A DNA stretch of 32,000 nucleotides from Erysipelotrichaceae bacterium (GTDB lineage Bacteria; Bacillota_I; Bacilli_A; Erysipelotrichales; Erysipelotrichaceae): assembly GCA_030604855.1 (NCBI GenBank), contig JAUVVC010000002.1:214130-246129 (forward strand), written 5' to 3'. Both the position numbers and the translations under genes were made by a program. Positions 17,981-27,334 of the stretch are shown here, one piece after another; the stretch's first letter is position 1; the number at the start of each line of letters is the position of its first letter. A model generated the notes under the pieces. That model was given only the letters and a program-made list of their open reading frames with translations. It made no database searches and was not told the DNA's origin.

Positions 17981-18649
17981 ATGGAGACAATTGTTTATCT
18001 AATTGCGATTGGGCTCACTTTTTGGGCTCAATACAAAGTAAAAGGTGCTTATTCGCATTTCAGCACTGTGCCAACGAACAATCGTATGAATGGTGCGGCT
18101 GTTGCTCGTAGAATATTGGATTCCAAAGGTTTATATGACGTACCGGTTCAAATGAGTCAGAATGGGGTTTTAAGTGATCATTTTGATCCTAAAGCCAATA
18201 CTGTCAATCTATCCCCGAAGGTGTATAACGAGTCAAGTATTGCATCGATCGCAGTTGCGGCGCACGAAGTTGGACATGCGATCCAGTATGCTGAGAATTT
18301 TTCGTTTATTGGGTTAAGAAATACCTTATTACCGATTGCGATCATATCTGGTCATTTGGGTTGGGTCGTTGCTTTTATTGGTTTGATTTCAGGATTTGAT
18401 GCGATTTTCTATCTTGGATTGGCGATGCTTATGGTGATTGCCACATTCCAGTTTATTACGTTACCGATCGAGTTTGATGCTTCAAAGCGTGCTTTAGCCA
18501 ATCTTGAAGAGGGTGGATTTGTTGATTTAGATGAACGTGCTGATGCCAAGTCGATGTTGAGTGCAGCAGCAATGACGTACATTGCAGCGTTTGTCGCAAC
18601 ACTTCTACAAATCTATCGACTTATATTGATTTCCAATCGTAGACGTTAA
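17981..18649 (+). CDS. Membrane zinc metallopeptidase (YugP / Zn_peptidase_2 family)
   Basis: N-terminus AQYKVKGAYSHFSTVPTNNRMNGAAVARRILD, plus SDHFDP and an HExxH motif (AAHEVGHAIQY). TM segments are present. Starts 2 nt after hup. Confidence 0.8.
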   Translation: METIVYLIAIGLTFWAQYKVKGAYSHFSTVPTNNRMNGAAVARRILDSKGLYDVPVQMSQNGVLSDHFDPKANTVNLSPKVYNESSIASIAVAAHEVGHAIQYAENFSFIGLRNTLLPIAIISGHLGWVVAFIGLISGFDAIFYLGLAMLMVIATFQFITLPIEFDASKRALANLEEGGFVDLDERADAKSMLSAAAMTYIAAFVATLLQIYRLILISNRRR

Positions 18650-18674
18650 GATCCATTCGTGGATCTTTTTTTTT
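18648..18674 (+). terminator. Strong intrinsic terminator ending the hup/Zn-peptidase unit
   Basis: AAGATCCA-TTCG-TGGATCTT is a perfect 8-bp stem with a tetraloop, followed by T7. Confidence 0.85.
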
Positions 18675-18707
18675 AGGATAAATATAGAACAGGCCGTATT
18701 AATAGGT

Positions 18708-19082
18708 ATGACCTTTTTTCATATCAACGATTCAATTCAAACTCCTACTTATCAGGTTTGCACTTCGAATGAAGTTTATATTTTTGGAATGGAGCAAGGT
18801 CAGATACTCATTCATATCGATCCAGCCTATATGCAAAAAGACAATGGTCTTTTAGTAGGCATCAATGAACGATTCAGTCATTTCTACATCATTAATCAAG
18901 AGCGCATCATTGTGAATGAGTTGACACTCGATTGGCGAGATTGTGGAACTTCAAGATCTATCGAACAAATGCAACCAAAAGGAAAAGATATCATCGACTA
19001 TCCTGTTCCATGGTTTGGCTTCGGTTTCTTCATTCTCATACTATTTGCGCTCATAAGGAGAATTCGATGCAAACGATACTAA
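18708..19082 (+). CDS. Hypothetical small tail-anchored membrane protein
   Basis: 124 aa. The only hydrophobic segment is C-terminal (WFGFGFFILILFALIRRIRCKRY). The SD is weak. It overlaps the next gene by 16 nt. I recognise no family. Confidence 0.5.
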   Translation: MTFFHINDSIQTPTYQVCTSNEVYIFGMEQGQILIHIDPAYMQKDNGLLVGINERFSHFYIINQERIIVNELTLDWRDCGTSRSIEQMQPKGKDIIDYPVPWFGFGFFILILFALIRRIRCKRY

Positions 19083-20566
19083 AATGGCTTAAGTATATTT
19101 TTATCATTTATACTTTACATTCAAGTTTGATTCGTGCAGAAGCATATTCAGACGTGATTGTATCAAAAAAGGATCTCTCTTTTGAGGTTTTGAGTGTGGA
19201 AACCAATCAAAATGAGTTGATTGTTAGAGGCTGGGCATTCATTACATACAAGCAACACTTTATGAATGCGTCCGATCATTCAATCTTTCTAGAATTCTTT
19301 AACATCAACGATCAGTTTAAAGTCCAAGCAAGTTTATATAATCTTTCTCAGACGCAGATGATGACCTATTTTGGCTCGCCTACATGTTCAAATGGATCTA
19401 CGTATCAATTACCTGAAGTATGCAATTACAACTATGAATATGTTGGTTTTGAAGCAAAGATCTATTTAGATCGATTCAATCCAGGTGACAGCTATCAAAC
19501 AAACATCATCGTACAAGCGCATACGGCCGGAATCAGCTATAAGACTGCTCTATACTATCCATTACCACAAGATCTGACGCTCTTTTCATCGAACCGGGAA
19601 ACAATTGTAACATCCAGATTAGACGCAACTGAGTTAAAAGTTAATGCGACAACGGTTCTTGCACGTAAACAAGCACAAAAACAAAGTGAGTATTGGTTTT
19701 ATGGAAGCAATTGTTCGACCACTTATCGTAATCAGCTCTTTTTCCAAGTGAATACAGTTTATCGTGAGATCTATGAAAAGGTGATCAATGAAAATACTTC
19801 ATATTATCGACTTGGTGGAAATCTGAATGTTTGCTTTGACTCTAGGCGAAGAATTACAGAAGGAACTCTGATTCAACCCGTTTGGATTGCGAGTCCATAT
19901 GTTCTTTATAGTGGAACGCCACTTCAAATCAAAGTCAGTCTTAAGAATCAAGCACCCTATTTTATCAAAGCAGAAGCGAGCATCTATCAAGGTGATGTCT
20001 TTAATTTAATGGATTATGTTCAAGCAATTGATTCAGAAGAAGGGGATATATCCTATCGTATCCATGAATTATCGAGTAATTTGGATCGATTTGTGATTGG
20101 TCGATATTCAGTAGATATCAGTGTCTCAGATCGCGAAGGATTGACAACACTCGATACTTTATTTGTGAATGTTCTCACAAGACCAAATAATGCACCTGTG
20201 ATTTATGCGAACGACATGCGTATACAACAATTCAGCAATTTTAATGCATTAGATACCATAAGCGCTTTTGATGTTGAAGATGGTGATCTAAGTAGGCATG
20301 TCATACCAATGAATGTTATTGATAGTAGTATTTTAGGAGATCATAACTTATGTTACTATGTAGAAGATTCGAAGCATCTAAGTGTTTCAAAATGTATTGT
20401 AGTCAATGTCTATAGTTATCAAAGTGTGATGAATAAAGTTCGATTCATATCTAGAAACAATACGTTTTATAATGAACGATTGCCAAACAATTGGGAATCC
20501 AATCAACTCACATTAGAACAGGTCTTAATGAACCAGATAAGTCTAAAAGATAAGTCCATCAATTAA
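19067..20566 (+). CDS. Secreted or surface protein: signal peptide, Cys-containing N-terminal domain of unknown type, and two tandem Ig-like (DUF5011-type) repeats
   Basis: An AAGGAG SD lies 6 nt before ATG 19067. The signal peptide is MQTILKWLKYIFIIYTLHSSLIRAEA. Two repeats of about 70 aa (nt ~19952-20415) each carry the motif A(I/F)D.E(E/D)GD(I/L)S (YVQAIDSEEGDISYRI and ISAFDVEDGDLSRHVI). No LPXTG motif or C-terminal TM is present. Confidence 0.7.
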   Translation: MQTILKWLKYIFIIYTLHSSLIRAEAYSDVIVSKKDLSFEVLSVETNQNELIVRGWAFITYKQHFMNASDHSIFLEFFNINDQFKVQASLYNLSQTQMMTYFGSPTCSNGSTYQLPEVCNYNYEYVGFEAKIYLDRFNPGDSYQTNIIVQAHTAGISYKTALYYPLPQDLTLFSSNRETIVTSRLDATELKVNATTVLARKQAQKQSEYWFYGSNCSTTYRNQLFFQVNTVYREIYEKVINENTSYYRLGGNLNVCFDSRRRITEGTLIQPVWIASPYVLYSGTPLQIKVSLKNQAPYFIKAEASIYQGDVFNLMDYVQAIDSEEGDISYRIHELSSNLDRFVIGRYSVDISVSDREGLTTLDTLFVNVLTRPNNAPVIYANDMRIQQFSNFNALDTISAFDVEDGDLSRHVIPMNVIDSSILGDHNLCYYVEDSKHLSVSKCIVVNVYSYQSVMNKVRFISRNNTFYNERLPNNWESNQLTLEQVLMNQISLKDKSIN

Positions 20567-20593
20567 CTACGCATAATGTATATTATGTAATTA
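20566..20593. other. dif: Chromosome dimer resolution site dif (XerC arm / 6-bp centre / XerD arm)
   Basis: The site reads ACTACGCATAA-TGTATA-TTATGTAATTA. It matches E. coli dif GGTGCGCATAATGTATATTATGTTAAAT at 21 of 28 positions, with 19 contiguous identities (CGCATAATGTATATTATGT). It matches B. subtilis dif ACTTCCTAGAATATATATTATGTAAACT at 20 of 28. It lies in the gap between convergent genes at the strand-bias switch, 1.2 kb from xerD. Confidence 0.8.
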
Positions 20594-20608
20594 TTGTGGA
20601 TTGGATTT

Positions 20609-20640
20609 AAGGGAGTTGTGGCTCCCTTTTGCTTATTTTA
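20609..20640 (+). terminator. Hairpin terminator between the convergent genes (possibly bidirectional)
   Basis: AAGGGAG-TTGTGG-CTCCCTT is a 7-bp stem followed by TTGCTTATTTT on the + strand. The trailing T-rich tract overlaps the deoB stop. On the minus strand no T-run follows the hairpin. Confidence 0.5.
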
Positions 20641-21811
20641 AATCGTTTAAGTAGGATTTTCCAAATTCAGGTTGCTTAACATTGAAGTTATCTGCAATTG
20701 TCTTACCGATAGAAGCGAATGTATCGCTGACGAGTAATCCGGAACCTCGATGTTTATTGCTGTATAGAATCAGTGGTATCATTTCACGGGTATGATCCGT
20801 TCCAAAATGAACAGGATCGTTGCCGTGATCTGCGGTAAGAATTAGAAGATCATCTTCCCTTAAAACAGTTAAGAGTTCACCAAGTTGTACATCGAAGTTT
20901 TCCAACTCATGAGCATAGCCTTTGGGATCACGACGATGACCCCATAATGCATCAAAATCGACAAGATTCACAAAACAAAGTCCTGTGAAATCAGTCTTAG
21001 CGGTTTCAATAGTTTTTACCATGCCATCATGATTGCTTTTGGTCTTAATTGATTGAGTTACACCTTCGCCATCAAAGATATCATTGATCTTTCCGATGCT
21101 TATGACATCAAAGCCACCCTCTTTCAATTCATCCAATGTTGTGCGTCCAAACGGTTTTAATGCATAATCATGGCGATTGCTTGTTCGCTTGAACTCCCCT
21201 TTTCTTGCGCCAACAAAGGGTCGAGCGATGATACGACCAACTTTCCATTCATCTTTCATGGTCAGTTCACGAGCAATCTCGCAACAACGATATAATTCAT
21301 CCAAACTGAAGGTTTCTTCATGTGCTGCGATCTGTAAAACGGAATCAGCCGATGTATAGACAATCATGGCGTTGGTCCGCATGTGCTCTTCACCCAGCTC
21401 ATCCAAAATTTCGGTACCACTGGCAGACTTATTGCCAATAATGTCATATCCACAACGTTCTTTTAATGCTTCAAGCAGTTCATTTGGGAAGCCCGTTTCC
21501 GTGAATGTTTGGAAAGGCTTGTCGATGTAGAGTCCCATGATCTCCCAGTGACCAGTCATCGTGTCCTTGCCAAGGCTCTTTTCACTGAGTTTGGTGTAGT
21601 AAGCGAGTGGCTGAGCTACAGGAGTTAGATTTGCAAGTGGATGAAGATTGACGATACCCATTTTTTGCATATTGGGGATGTTTAGACCATTGTTTGCTTG
21701 TGCGATGTGACCTAAGGTGTCTGATCCGACATCTCCATACTCATGTGCATCCGCTGATGCCCCTACCCCTACGCTATCCAGTACAATTGTAAATATTCTA
21801 CGATAGTTCAT
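20633..21811 (-). CDS. deoB: Phosphopentomutase
   Basis: [36 protein letters not shown] is a typical DeoB N-terminus; ...[11 protein letters not shown]... is also present. An AAAGGAG SD lies 9 nt before ATG 21811. The ORF-track start at 21835 lies inside xerD. Confidence 0.92.
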   Translation of the reverse strand: MNYRRIFTIVLDSVGVGASADAHEYGDVGSDTLGHIAQANNGLNIPNMQKMGIVNLHPLANLTPVAQPLAYYTKLSEKSLGKDTMTGHWEIMGLYIDKPFQTFTETGFPNELLEALKERCGYDIIGNKSASGTEILDELGEEHMRTNAMIVYTSADSVLQIAAHEETFSLDELYRCCEIARELTMKDEWKVGRIIARPFVGARKGEFKRTSNRHDYALKPFGRTTLDELKEGGFDVISIGKINDIFDGEGVTQSIKTKSNHDGMVKTIETAKTDFTGLCFVNLVDFDALWGHRRDPKGYAHELENFDVQLGELLTVLREDDLLILTADHGNDPVHFGTDHTREMIPLILYSNKHRGSGLLVSDTFASIGKTIADNFNVKQPEFGKSYLNDLK

Positions 21812-21815
21812 GTTT

Positions 21816-22712
21816 TCATTCTCCTTTTTTATCATTCATCGGATGGAATTTGCGATACGCTTCTTGCATCCGTTTTTTTTCGATGTGTGTGTAGATCTGA
21901 GTTGTTGAAATATCCGCATGACCAAGGAGCTCTTGCACAACGCGTAGATCCGCACCTCCATTTAGTAGGCTTGTCGCAAAACTGTGTCTCAACTTGTGCG
22001 GAGAGATCTCAAGATCCAAACCGAGTTCTTGGCTCCTCTTTTTTAACATGGTATAGACATATTGACGTGTAATGGCTTTGCCATTTGGTTTGATAAAGAC
22101 TCGATTCGATTTCGATTTTAGCCAAACGTATCGATCCATTTCCATATAACGTCGAACGTTCGCAACCGTGATGCTTGCCATGGGGACCATTCGTTCCTTG
22201 TTTCCTTTACCTAATATCCGTAAATATGCTTGTTCAAGATATACTTGACTGAGTGTGAGTTCCACAAGTTCGCTGACACGTAATCCACAGGAATATAATA
22301 CATCAATCATGGCCACATGAAATCTCTCGTGCTTGAGATTCTCTTGTGTGAGCAAGTTGTCGATGTGGTTTTGTTCGATGGTTTTTGGATAACGATGAAG
22401 TTTGCGAATCTTTTGAATATGACTGGCTGGATTATCTTTAAGTTGATAGTACTGCTTAAGAAAACGATGAAAATTGATGATGCTTGTTTTAGCTCTTAAT
22501 ACACTTGCATTCGCATACGCATCATTTAGTGTATGAAGATAAGTATTGATCTGCTCAGATTGAACCTGTTCCAAGCGGATGTCTTTGTCGATGAAGTATT
22601 TCGAATAAGCGTTCAAATCACGAAGATAGGCTTGGATCGTGTTCTTCGCTTTACGATCGACATACTCGAGCTGGTTTGAGTATGCTTCAATCGCCTTCTG
22701 CCAATCAAGCAT
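21816..22712 (-). CDS. xerD: Tyrosine site-specific recombinase, XerD-type (XerC cannot be excluded from sequence alone)
   Basis: The C-terminal catalytic region is [38 protein letters not shown], with the R..HxxR..Y catalytic residues. The N-terminal core-binding domain contains [13 protein letters not shown]. The xerD-deoB adjacency and the nearby dif site support the call. Confidence 0.8.
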   Translation of the reverse strand: MLDWQKAIEAYSNQLEYVDRKAKNTIQAYLRDLNAYSKYFIDKDIRLEQVQSEQINTYLHTLNDAYANASVLRAKTSIINFHRFLKQYYQLKDNPASHIQKIRKLHRYPKTIEQNHIDNLLTQENLKHERFHVAMIDVLYSCGLRVSELVELTLSQVYLEQAYLRILGKGNKERMVPMASITVANVRRYMEMDRYVWLKSKSNRVFIKPNGKAITRQYVYTMLKKRSQELGLDLEISPHKLRHSFATSLLNGGADLRVVQELLGHADISTTQIYTHIEKKRMQEAYRKFHPMNDKKGE

Positions 22713-24372
22713 TCTTGTTCACCAAAGCTTGATTGTACTTCAATAACTCTTGAGCTGCCGATAAGGCATTGGGCGTATTCGAGCTACTTGCGATCATGGC
22801 AAGTTCAAGAATACGACCTTCTTCAGAAAGTTCAATGATGTTTGTATTTGTGATGGTGTTCGCTTGAATTTTCGAGACAAGATAATGTGTTCTTGAACAT
22901 GCGGCAACTTGGCCAAGATGCGTAACGGAGAATACCTGGGCATGACGCGCTAAGCTGGACATCTTTTGACCAATGGCGGTTGCGACACGTCCGGAAACAC
23001 CGGAATCGATTTCATCAAAGATAACGGTTTCGATGGATTGAAGATCGTTGAAAATAACTTTCATCCCTAACATGAGTCTTGAAAGTTCTCCACCACTGGC
23101 GACTTTGATCAAAGGTTTCAAGCTCTCACCTGGATTCATTGATATCAAGAATTCCACAAAGTCCAATCCACTTTGATTCGCACTGGTTTCATTGAAAACT
23201 ATCTCAAATTGAGCCTTTTCTAAATAGAGATCACGAATTTCTTTGATAATCGCTGTTTCTAGGGCTCTGGCTTTGATTTTTCTTAATTCACGTAATTCTA
23301 ATGCTCTAAGTTCAAAATGCTTGTAAGCACGCTCGCAATCGCGTCTCAACTGTTCAAGTACTTCTTCGCGATGTTCAATCGCATGAATACGATCCTTTAT
23401 TTCAGCGTGTTGTGTCAAAATAAGTTCAATCGTACGTCCATACTTCTTTTTAAGCTTATTGATTTGAAACAAGCGATCCTGAATCTGATTCAAACGATCT
23501 TCATCAAAACTAAGCTCATTGAAGCGATCCTTCAATGTTTCAATCTGCTCGACCAGATTGAAATAAAGCTCATCGATCGAAGCTGTGATTGGTTGAACCG
23601 AATCCAGTTCATCAATATGACGCAACGCTTTTACCGCTTCATAGAGTTTTACACGTGCACCTTCGTTTTCATCCAGTAGATCGATTGCATTGCTTAATCG
23701 AGTTGAAACTTTCTCAAAACTCATTAAAAGACGTTGTTGATTTTCAAGTTCCTCATCTTCACCTATCACAAGATTGGCCTTCTCAATTTCAAGATACTGG
23801 AAACTAAGAAATTCGAGGTCATCTGGATTCAAATCATTCTTTTCTTTTTCATGAAGTTCGTTCTTCAGTTTAGCATAAACCTGATACCGCTCTTTGACAT
23901 CATCCAATAGCCCGCGATCAATGTTGTAAGCATCCAATAACTGTAAATGGTAGCGATTGTTCAATAAATACTGGGTGTCGTTTTGACTGTGTATATCTAC
24001 TAAATATTGACCGATCTCTTTTAAAAGACTGACCGGAACCGATCGATTGTTGATTCGATTGATGGATCTTCCCTCTTGCGTCAACTCTCGCGTGATGATC
24101 AATTCATTCAAGTCAAACGTATAATCCAATTCATTGAATCGCGAAGCGATGTATTCACTATGGGTTGAAAAAACAGCTTCAATGGTGGCTTTATCACTTC
24201 CGTGACGAATCATGTCCACAGTAAAACGATCCCCCATCAGTAAACCGATGGCATCGATCAAGATCGACTTACCAGCACCGGTTTCCCCAGTGAACACACT
24301 AAAGCCAGACTTGAAATCCAGTCTCAGTTCATCAATCAAAATATAATTTTTCAAGTAAAGATTTTGTAACAT
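22705..24372 (-). CDS. recN: DNA repair protein RecN (SMC-like ATPase)
   Basis: MLQNLYLKNYILIDELRLDFKSGFSVFTGETGAGKSILIDAIGLL carries Walker A. A long coiled coil follows. The C-terminal signature and Walker B are ASGGELSRLMLGMK...VIFDEIDSGVSG. The start is set at ATG 24372. Confidence 0.93.
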   Translation of the reverse strand: MLQNLYLKNYILIDELRLDFKSGFSVFTGETGAGKSILIDAIGLLMGDRFTVDMIRHGSDKATIEAVFSTHSEYIASRFNELDYTFDLNELIITRELTQEGRSINRINNRSVPVSLLKEIGQYLVDIHSQNDTQYLLNNRYHLQLLDAYNIDRGLLDDVKERYQVYAKLKNELHEKEKNDLNPDDLEFLSFQYLEIEKANLVIGEDEELENQQRLLMSFEKVSTRLSNAIDLLDENEGARVKLYEAVKALRHIDELDSVQPITASIDELYFNLVEQIETLKDRFNELSFDEDRLNQIQDRLFQINKLKKKYGRTIELILTQHAEIKDRIHAIEHREEVLEQLRRDCERAYKHFELRALELRELRKIKARALETAIIKEIRDLYLEKAQFEIVFNETSANQSGLDFVEFLISMNPGESLKPLIKVASGGELSRLMLGMKVIFNDLQSIETVIFDEIDSGVSGRVATAIGQKMSSLARHAQVFSVTHLGQVAACSRTHYLVSKIQANTITNTNIIELSEEGRILELAMIASSSNTPNALSAAQELLKYNQALVNKNA

Positions 24373-24401
24373 GTTCTCTCTTTTAATACGCAGATCGCAG
24401 C

Positions 24402-26273
24402 TCATTCCCTAATCAATGCTGTTTTAATCTTCTCAAACAAAGAACTGATGTCGATATTCTCATAACGTCTCAAATCCGGAACGGAACCATGTGTTACAAA
24501 GTGATCCATGATACCAATGCGTTCCATATCCAGTGTCAGATGCCGCTCTGCCAACCATTCCAAGATCGCACTCGATAAACCACCGGCTAACATGTCCGTT
24601 TCATATACGATGACACGTTTATTCAATTGAGTTAAATAATTGAGGAGGCCATCATCCAAAGGTTTAATGAAACGTGCATTGATTACGCAAACGGGCAATT
24701 GATTCGCATCGATCTTATCTTTGATCTTATCGACATCAGGTCCATATGCAATCACAACGACACGTGCGGATTCTAGATTACCTAAGACTGTCCAAGAACC
24801 TGTCTTGATGACTTCAAAGGTTTCCACTTCATGGAAAACGGCGCTTCCACGAGGATAACGAATGGCGTAAGGTCTGGATAGCTTGAATGCACTGTATAGC
24901 AAATGCTGGGCTTCAACCGCATCTTTGGGCTGTGCAATGATGAGGTTAGGAAGTGGACGCAAGATGCCGATATCAAACACACCGTGATGTGTAGGTCCAT
25001 CCTCCCCTACCAGGCCGCTTCGATCGATTCCGATGACAACCGGACTTTCCATGCGAGCAATATCATGATTGATCTGATCGTATGCTCTTTGAATAAACGT
25101 TGAATAAATGGATAGAAATGGTTTCAAACCATTCAAAGCCATGGCTGAGGCCAATGTGGCCGCATGTTCCTCGGCAATGCCACAATCAATGCTTCTTTGT
25201 GGATATAAAGCAAAAAACTTCTCCAATTTACTGCCCTGTATCATTGCAGGGGTGATGACACTCAGATTCGGTTCTTGTTTAGCTAAACGAATCAAGGTTT
25301 CAGACACAACTTCTGACCAAGAGAGATGATTCAAAGGGAGTGATCCTAGATTATTTCCAGTGTCCGGGTCGAATTGACTCACACCATGCCAATGGCCATT
25401 CTTGTCATTCTCAGACAAATGAAACCCTTTGCCTTTGGTCGTGATCACATGCACTAAAACAGGACCATCATGTTGTCTCGCTGTTTCCAAGGCATTGAAC
25501 AACTCATGAAAATTATGACCATCAATCGGTCCAAGATACTCCAATCCCATTTCAGTAAAAATAGATGGATGGATGATCGTTCTTTTGATGGAATCTTTTA
25601 CAAAACGCATCCCTTTTAAAACAGCAGAACCCACAAAGTTTTGATTCAAGATGCCCTTGACTTCTTCTTTTGCATTTACGTACGACTGACTATTGCGCAA
25701 ACGGGCTATGGAGTGCGAAAATGCCCCCACATTTTGAGATATCGACATATTGTTGTCATTCAGAATCACAATCAATTTTTGTTTGGTTGATCCAATATGA
25801 TTCAATGCTTCAAAAGACATGCCATTTGGAATTGAACCATCCCCAACAATGGCTACGATGGCATGGTCCTCATTCTTTGCTTCTCTTGCGATGGCCATGC
25901 CTAAAGCTGCTGAGAGTGCTGTTCCTGCGTGTCCTGCTTCCCAGACATCGTAATTGCTTTCACTCATCTTTTGAAACCCACAGAGACCATGCAATTGCCG
26001 TAAATGAGCAAAATCCTTTGCTCTACCGGTCAATATCTTATGAACATATGATTGATGTCCAACATCAAAAAGAATTTTATCGCGACTGAAATCAAACACA
26101 GCATGAAGTGCGATCGTAAGCTCAACAACGCCAAGATTGCTGGATAGATGTCCACCTGTCTTAGAAACACTCTCGATTAAAAAAGAACGTATGCTACTTG
26201 CAAGTTCCTTTAATTCATCATTCTTTAAATCCTTAAGAAATAACGGATTTTCAATATCAATTACATTTTGCAT
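24402..26273 (-). CDS. dxs: 1-deoxy-D-xylulose-5-phosphate synthase (MEP pathway)
   Basis: GGHLSSNLGVVELTIALH, FDVGHQSYVHKILTGR and the TPP-binding motif GDGSIPNGMSFEALN are present. Length is 623 aa. Confidence 0.95.
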   Translation of the reverse strand: MQNVIDIENPLFLKDLKNDELKELASSIRSFLIESVSKTGGHLSSNLGVVELTIALHAVFDFSRDKILFDVGHQSYVHKILTGRAKDFAHLRQLHGLCGFQKMSESNYDVWEAGHAGTALSAALGMAIAREAKNEDHAIVAIVGDGSIPNGMSFEALNHIGSTKQKLIVILNDNNMSISQNVGAFSHSIARLRNSQSYVNAKEEVKGILNQNFVGSAVLKGMRFVKDSIKRTIIHPSIFTEMGLEYLGPIDGHNFHELFNALETARQHDGPVLVHVITTKGKGFHLSENDKNGHWHGVSQFDPDTGNNLGSLPLNHLSWSEVVSETLIRLAKQEPNLSVITPAMIQGSKLEKFFALYPQRSIDCGIAEEHAATLASAMALNGLKPFLSIYSTFIQRAYDQINHDIARMESPVVIGIDRSGLVGEDGPTHHGVFDIGILRPLPNLIIAQPKDAVEAQHLLYSAFKLSRPYAIRYPRGSAVFHEVETFEVIKTGSWTVLGNLESARVVVIAYGPDVDKIKDKIDANQLPVCVINARFIKPLDDGLLNYLTQLNKRVIVYETDMLAGGLSSAILEWLAERHLTLDMERIGIMDHFVTHGSVPDLRRYENIDISSLFEKIKTALIRE

Positions 26274-26274
26274 A

Positions 26275-27141
26275 TTATTTGATTCGATCTTTCATCCAAT
26301 GAACGATATCCAAAAGCTTTGGATACGTTTCGTTTAGCAACATTATATCACGATTGAGCTCATCATAAAGTTCATTGATGCTTAGCTTTGATCTCTCTAA
26401 ACCAAGAAACTCAATGACTGTGTTCTTATGATTATTGAGATCACTCTGATTTGATTTTCCGATCACATCAAAAGTACTTGTTCGCTCGAGGTAGTCATCT
26501 TGTATTTGGAAAACGATGCCAAGCTTCTTACCGATTTGATCTAATTGTGATTCATCTTCTCGCTTTGAATTTAAAAGATTTCCTAAACGAAGTGCAGCAC
26601 TGAACAGACAACCTGTCTTGAACGCATAAAGCTTGTATAGATCACTTATTTGATTAGCTTGGTTTGTATCATTTTGAATGTCCAAAACCTGGCCAAGAAT
26701 CATCCCATTCGCACCCGAAGCTTCACTCAAAATATTTACAGCAGAAACAATGTCATCACTTTTAAGATTCAGTTTCGTAATGATCTGAAATGCTTGTGTC
26801 AACAAAGCATCACCAGCCAGAATCGCTGTAGCTTCATCAAAGCGTTTGTGTGTCGTCAATTGACCCCGTCGATAATCATCATTATCCATGGCGGGTAGAT
26901 CATCATGCACAAGCGAATAGGTGTGGACCATTTCCAATGCATAGGCAAGATTCATCACGTTCAAATCATTTTGATTCTGACATGTCATCGCAAAAACCAA
27001 ATAAGGACGTAAACGTTTTCCACCTGCTTCCAAAGCATAACGCATGGCATCTTTGACATTGGAATCTGCGATTTGGCTCAGAACGTTATCGATATGCGCA
27101 TTGAACGCTTGTACAAAATCATTAAACATTGGAATCGTCAC
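26275..27141 (-). CDS. ispA: (2E,6E)-farnesyl diphosphate synthase / geranyltranstransferase
   Basis: First Asp-rich motif is LVHDDLPAMDNDDYRRG; second is FQIQDDYLE. A GTG start at 27141 (GGTGA SD-like sequence upstream) or ATG 27129 are both possible. The xseB-ispA-dxs order matches B. subtilis. Confidence 0.9.
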   Translation of the reverse strand: MTIPMFNDFVQAFNAHIDNVLSQIADSNVKDAMRYALEAGGKRLRPYLVFAMTCQNQNDLNVMNLAYALEMVHTYSLVHDDLPAMDNDDYRRGQLTTHKRFDEATAILAGDALLTQAFQIITKLNLKSDDIVSAVNILSEASGANGMILGQVLDIQNDTNQANQISDLYKLYAFKTGCLFSAALRLGNLLNSKREDESQLDQIGKKLGIVFQIQDDYLERTSTFDVIGKSNQSDLNNHKNTVIEFLGLERSKLSINELYDELNRDIMLLNETYPKLLDIVHWMKDRIK

Positions 27142-27334
27142 TGTACTTCACCATCAATTCTGAGACTTTCTTTTCAAATGACTTCAGTTGACCATCACAT
27201 TGTTTGACTAAAGCCAAACCTTCTTCAAATAACGAGATCGAACTTTCTAAGTCATGATCGTTTCGATCAAGTGCTTCAACGATTTCATTTAGTCGCAACA
27301 TGGCTTCTTCAAAACTCTTTGCTTTTTCACTCAT
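27122..27334 (-). CDS. xseB: Exodeoxyribonuclease VII small subunit
   Basis: 70 aa: MSEKAKSFEEAMLRLNEIVEALDRNDHDLESSISLFEEGLALVKQC. The ATG overlaps the xseA stop (GATGAGTGA). The ORF-track start at 27361 is an extension into xseA. Confidence 0.9.
   Translation of the reverse strand: MSEKAKSFEEAMLRLNEIVEALDRNDHDLESSISLFEEGLALVKQCDGQLKSFEKKVSELMVKYSDDSNV

Noticed and set aside
18650-20593. The dif-adjacent gene pair as an IMEX (an Xer-exploiting integrated element)
   Set aside because: An IMEX should be flanked by a second, degenerate dif-like site. I find no convincing dif-like sequence near 18650-18710 or inside the module, and no replication or integration genes. The idea is left only as a composition/synteny question in the findings.
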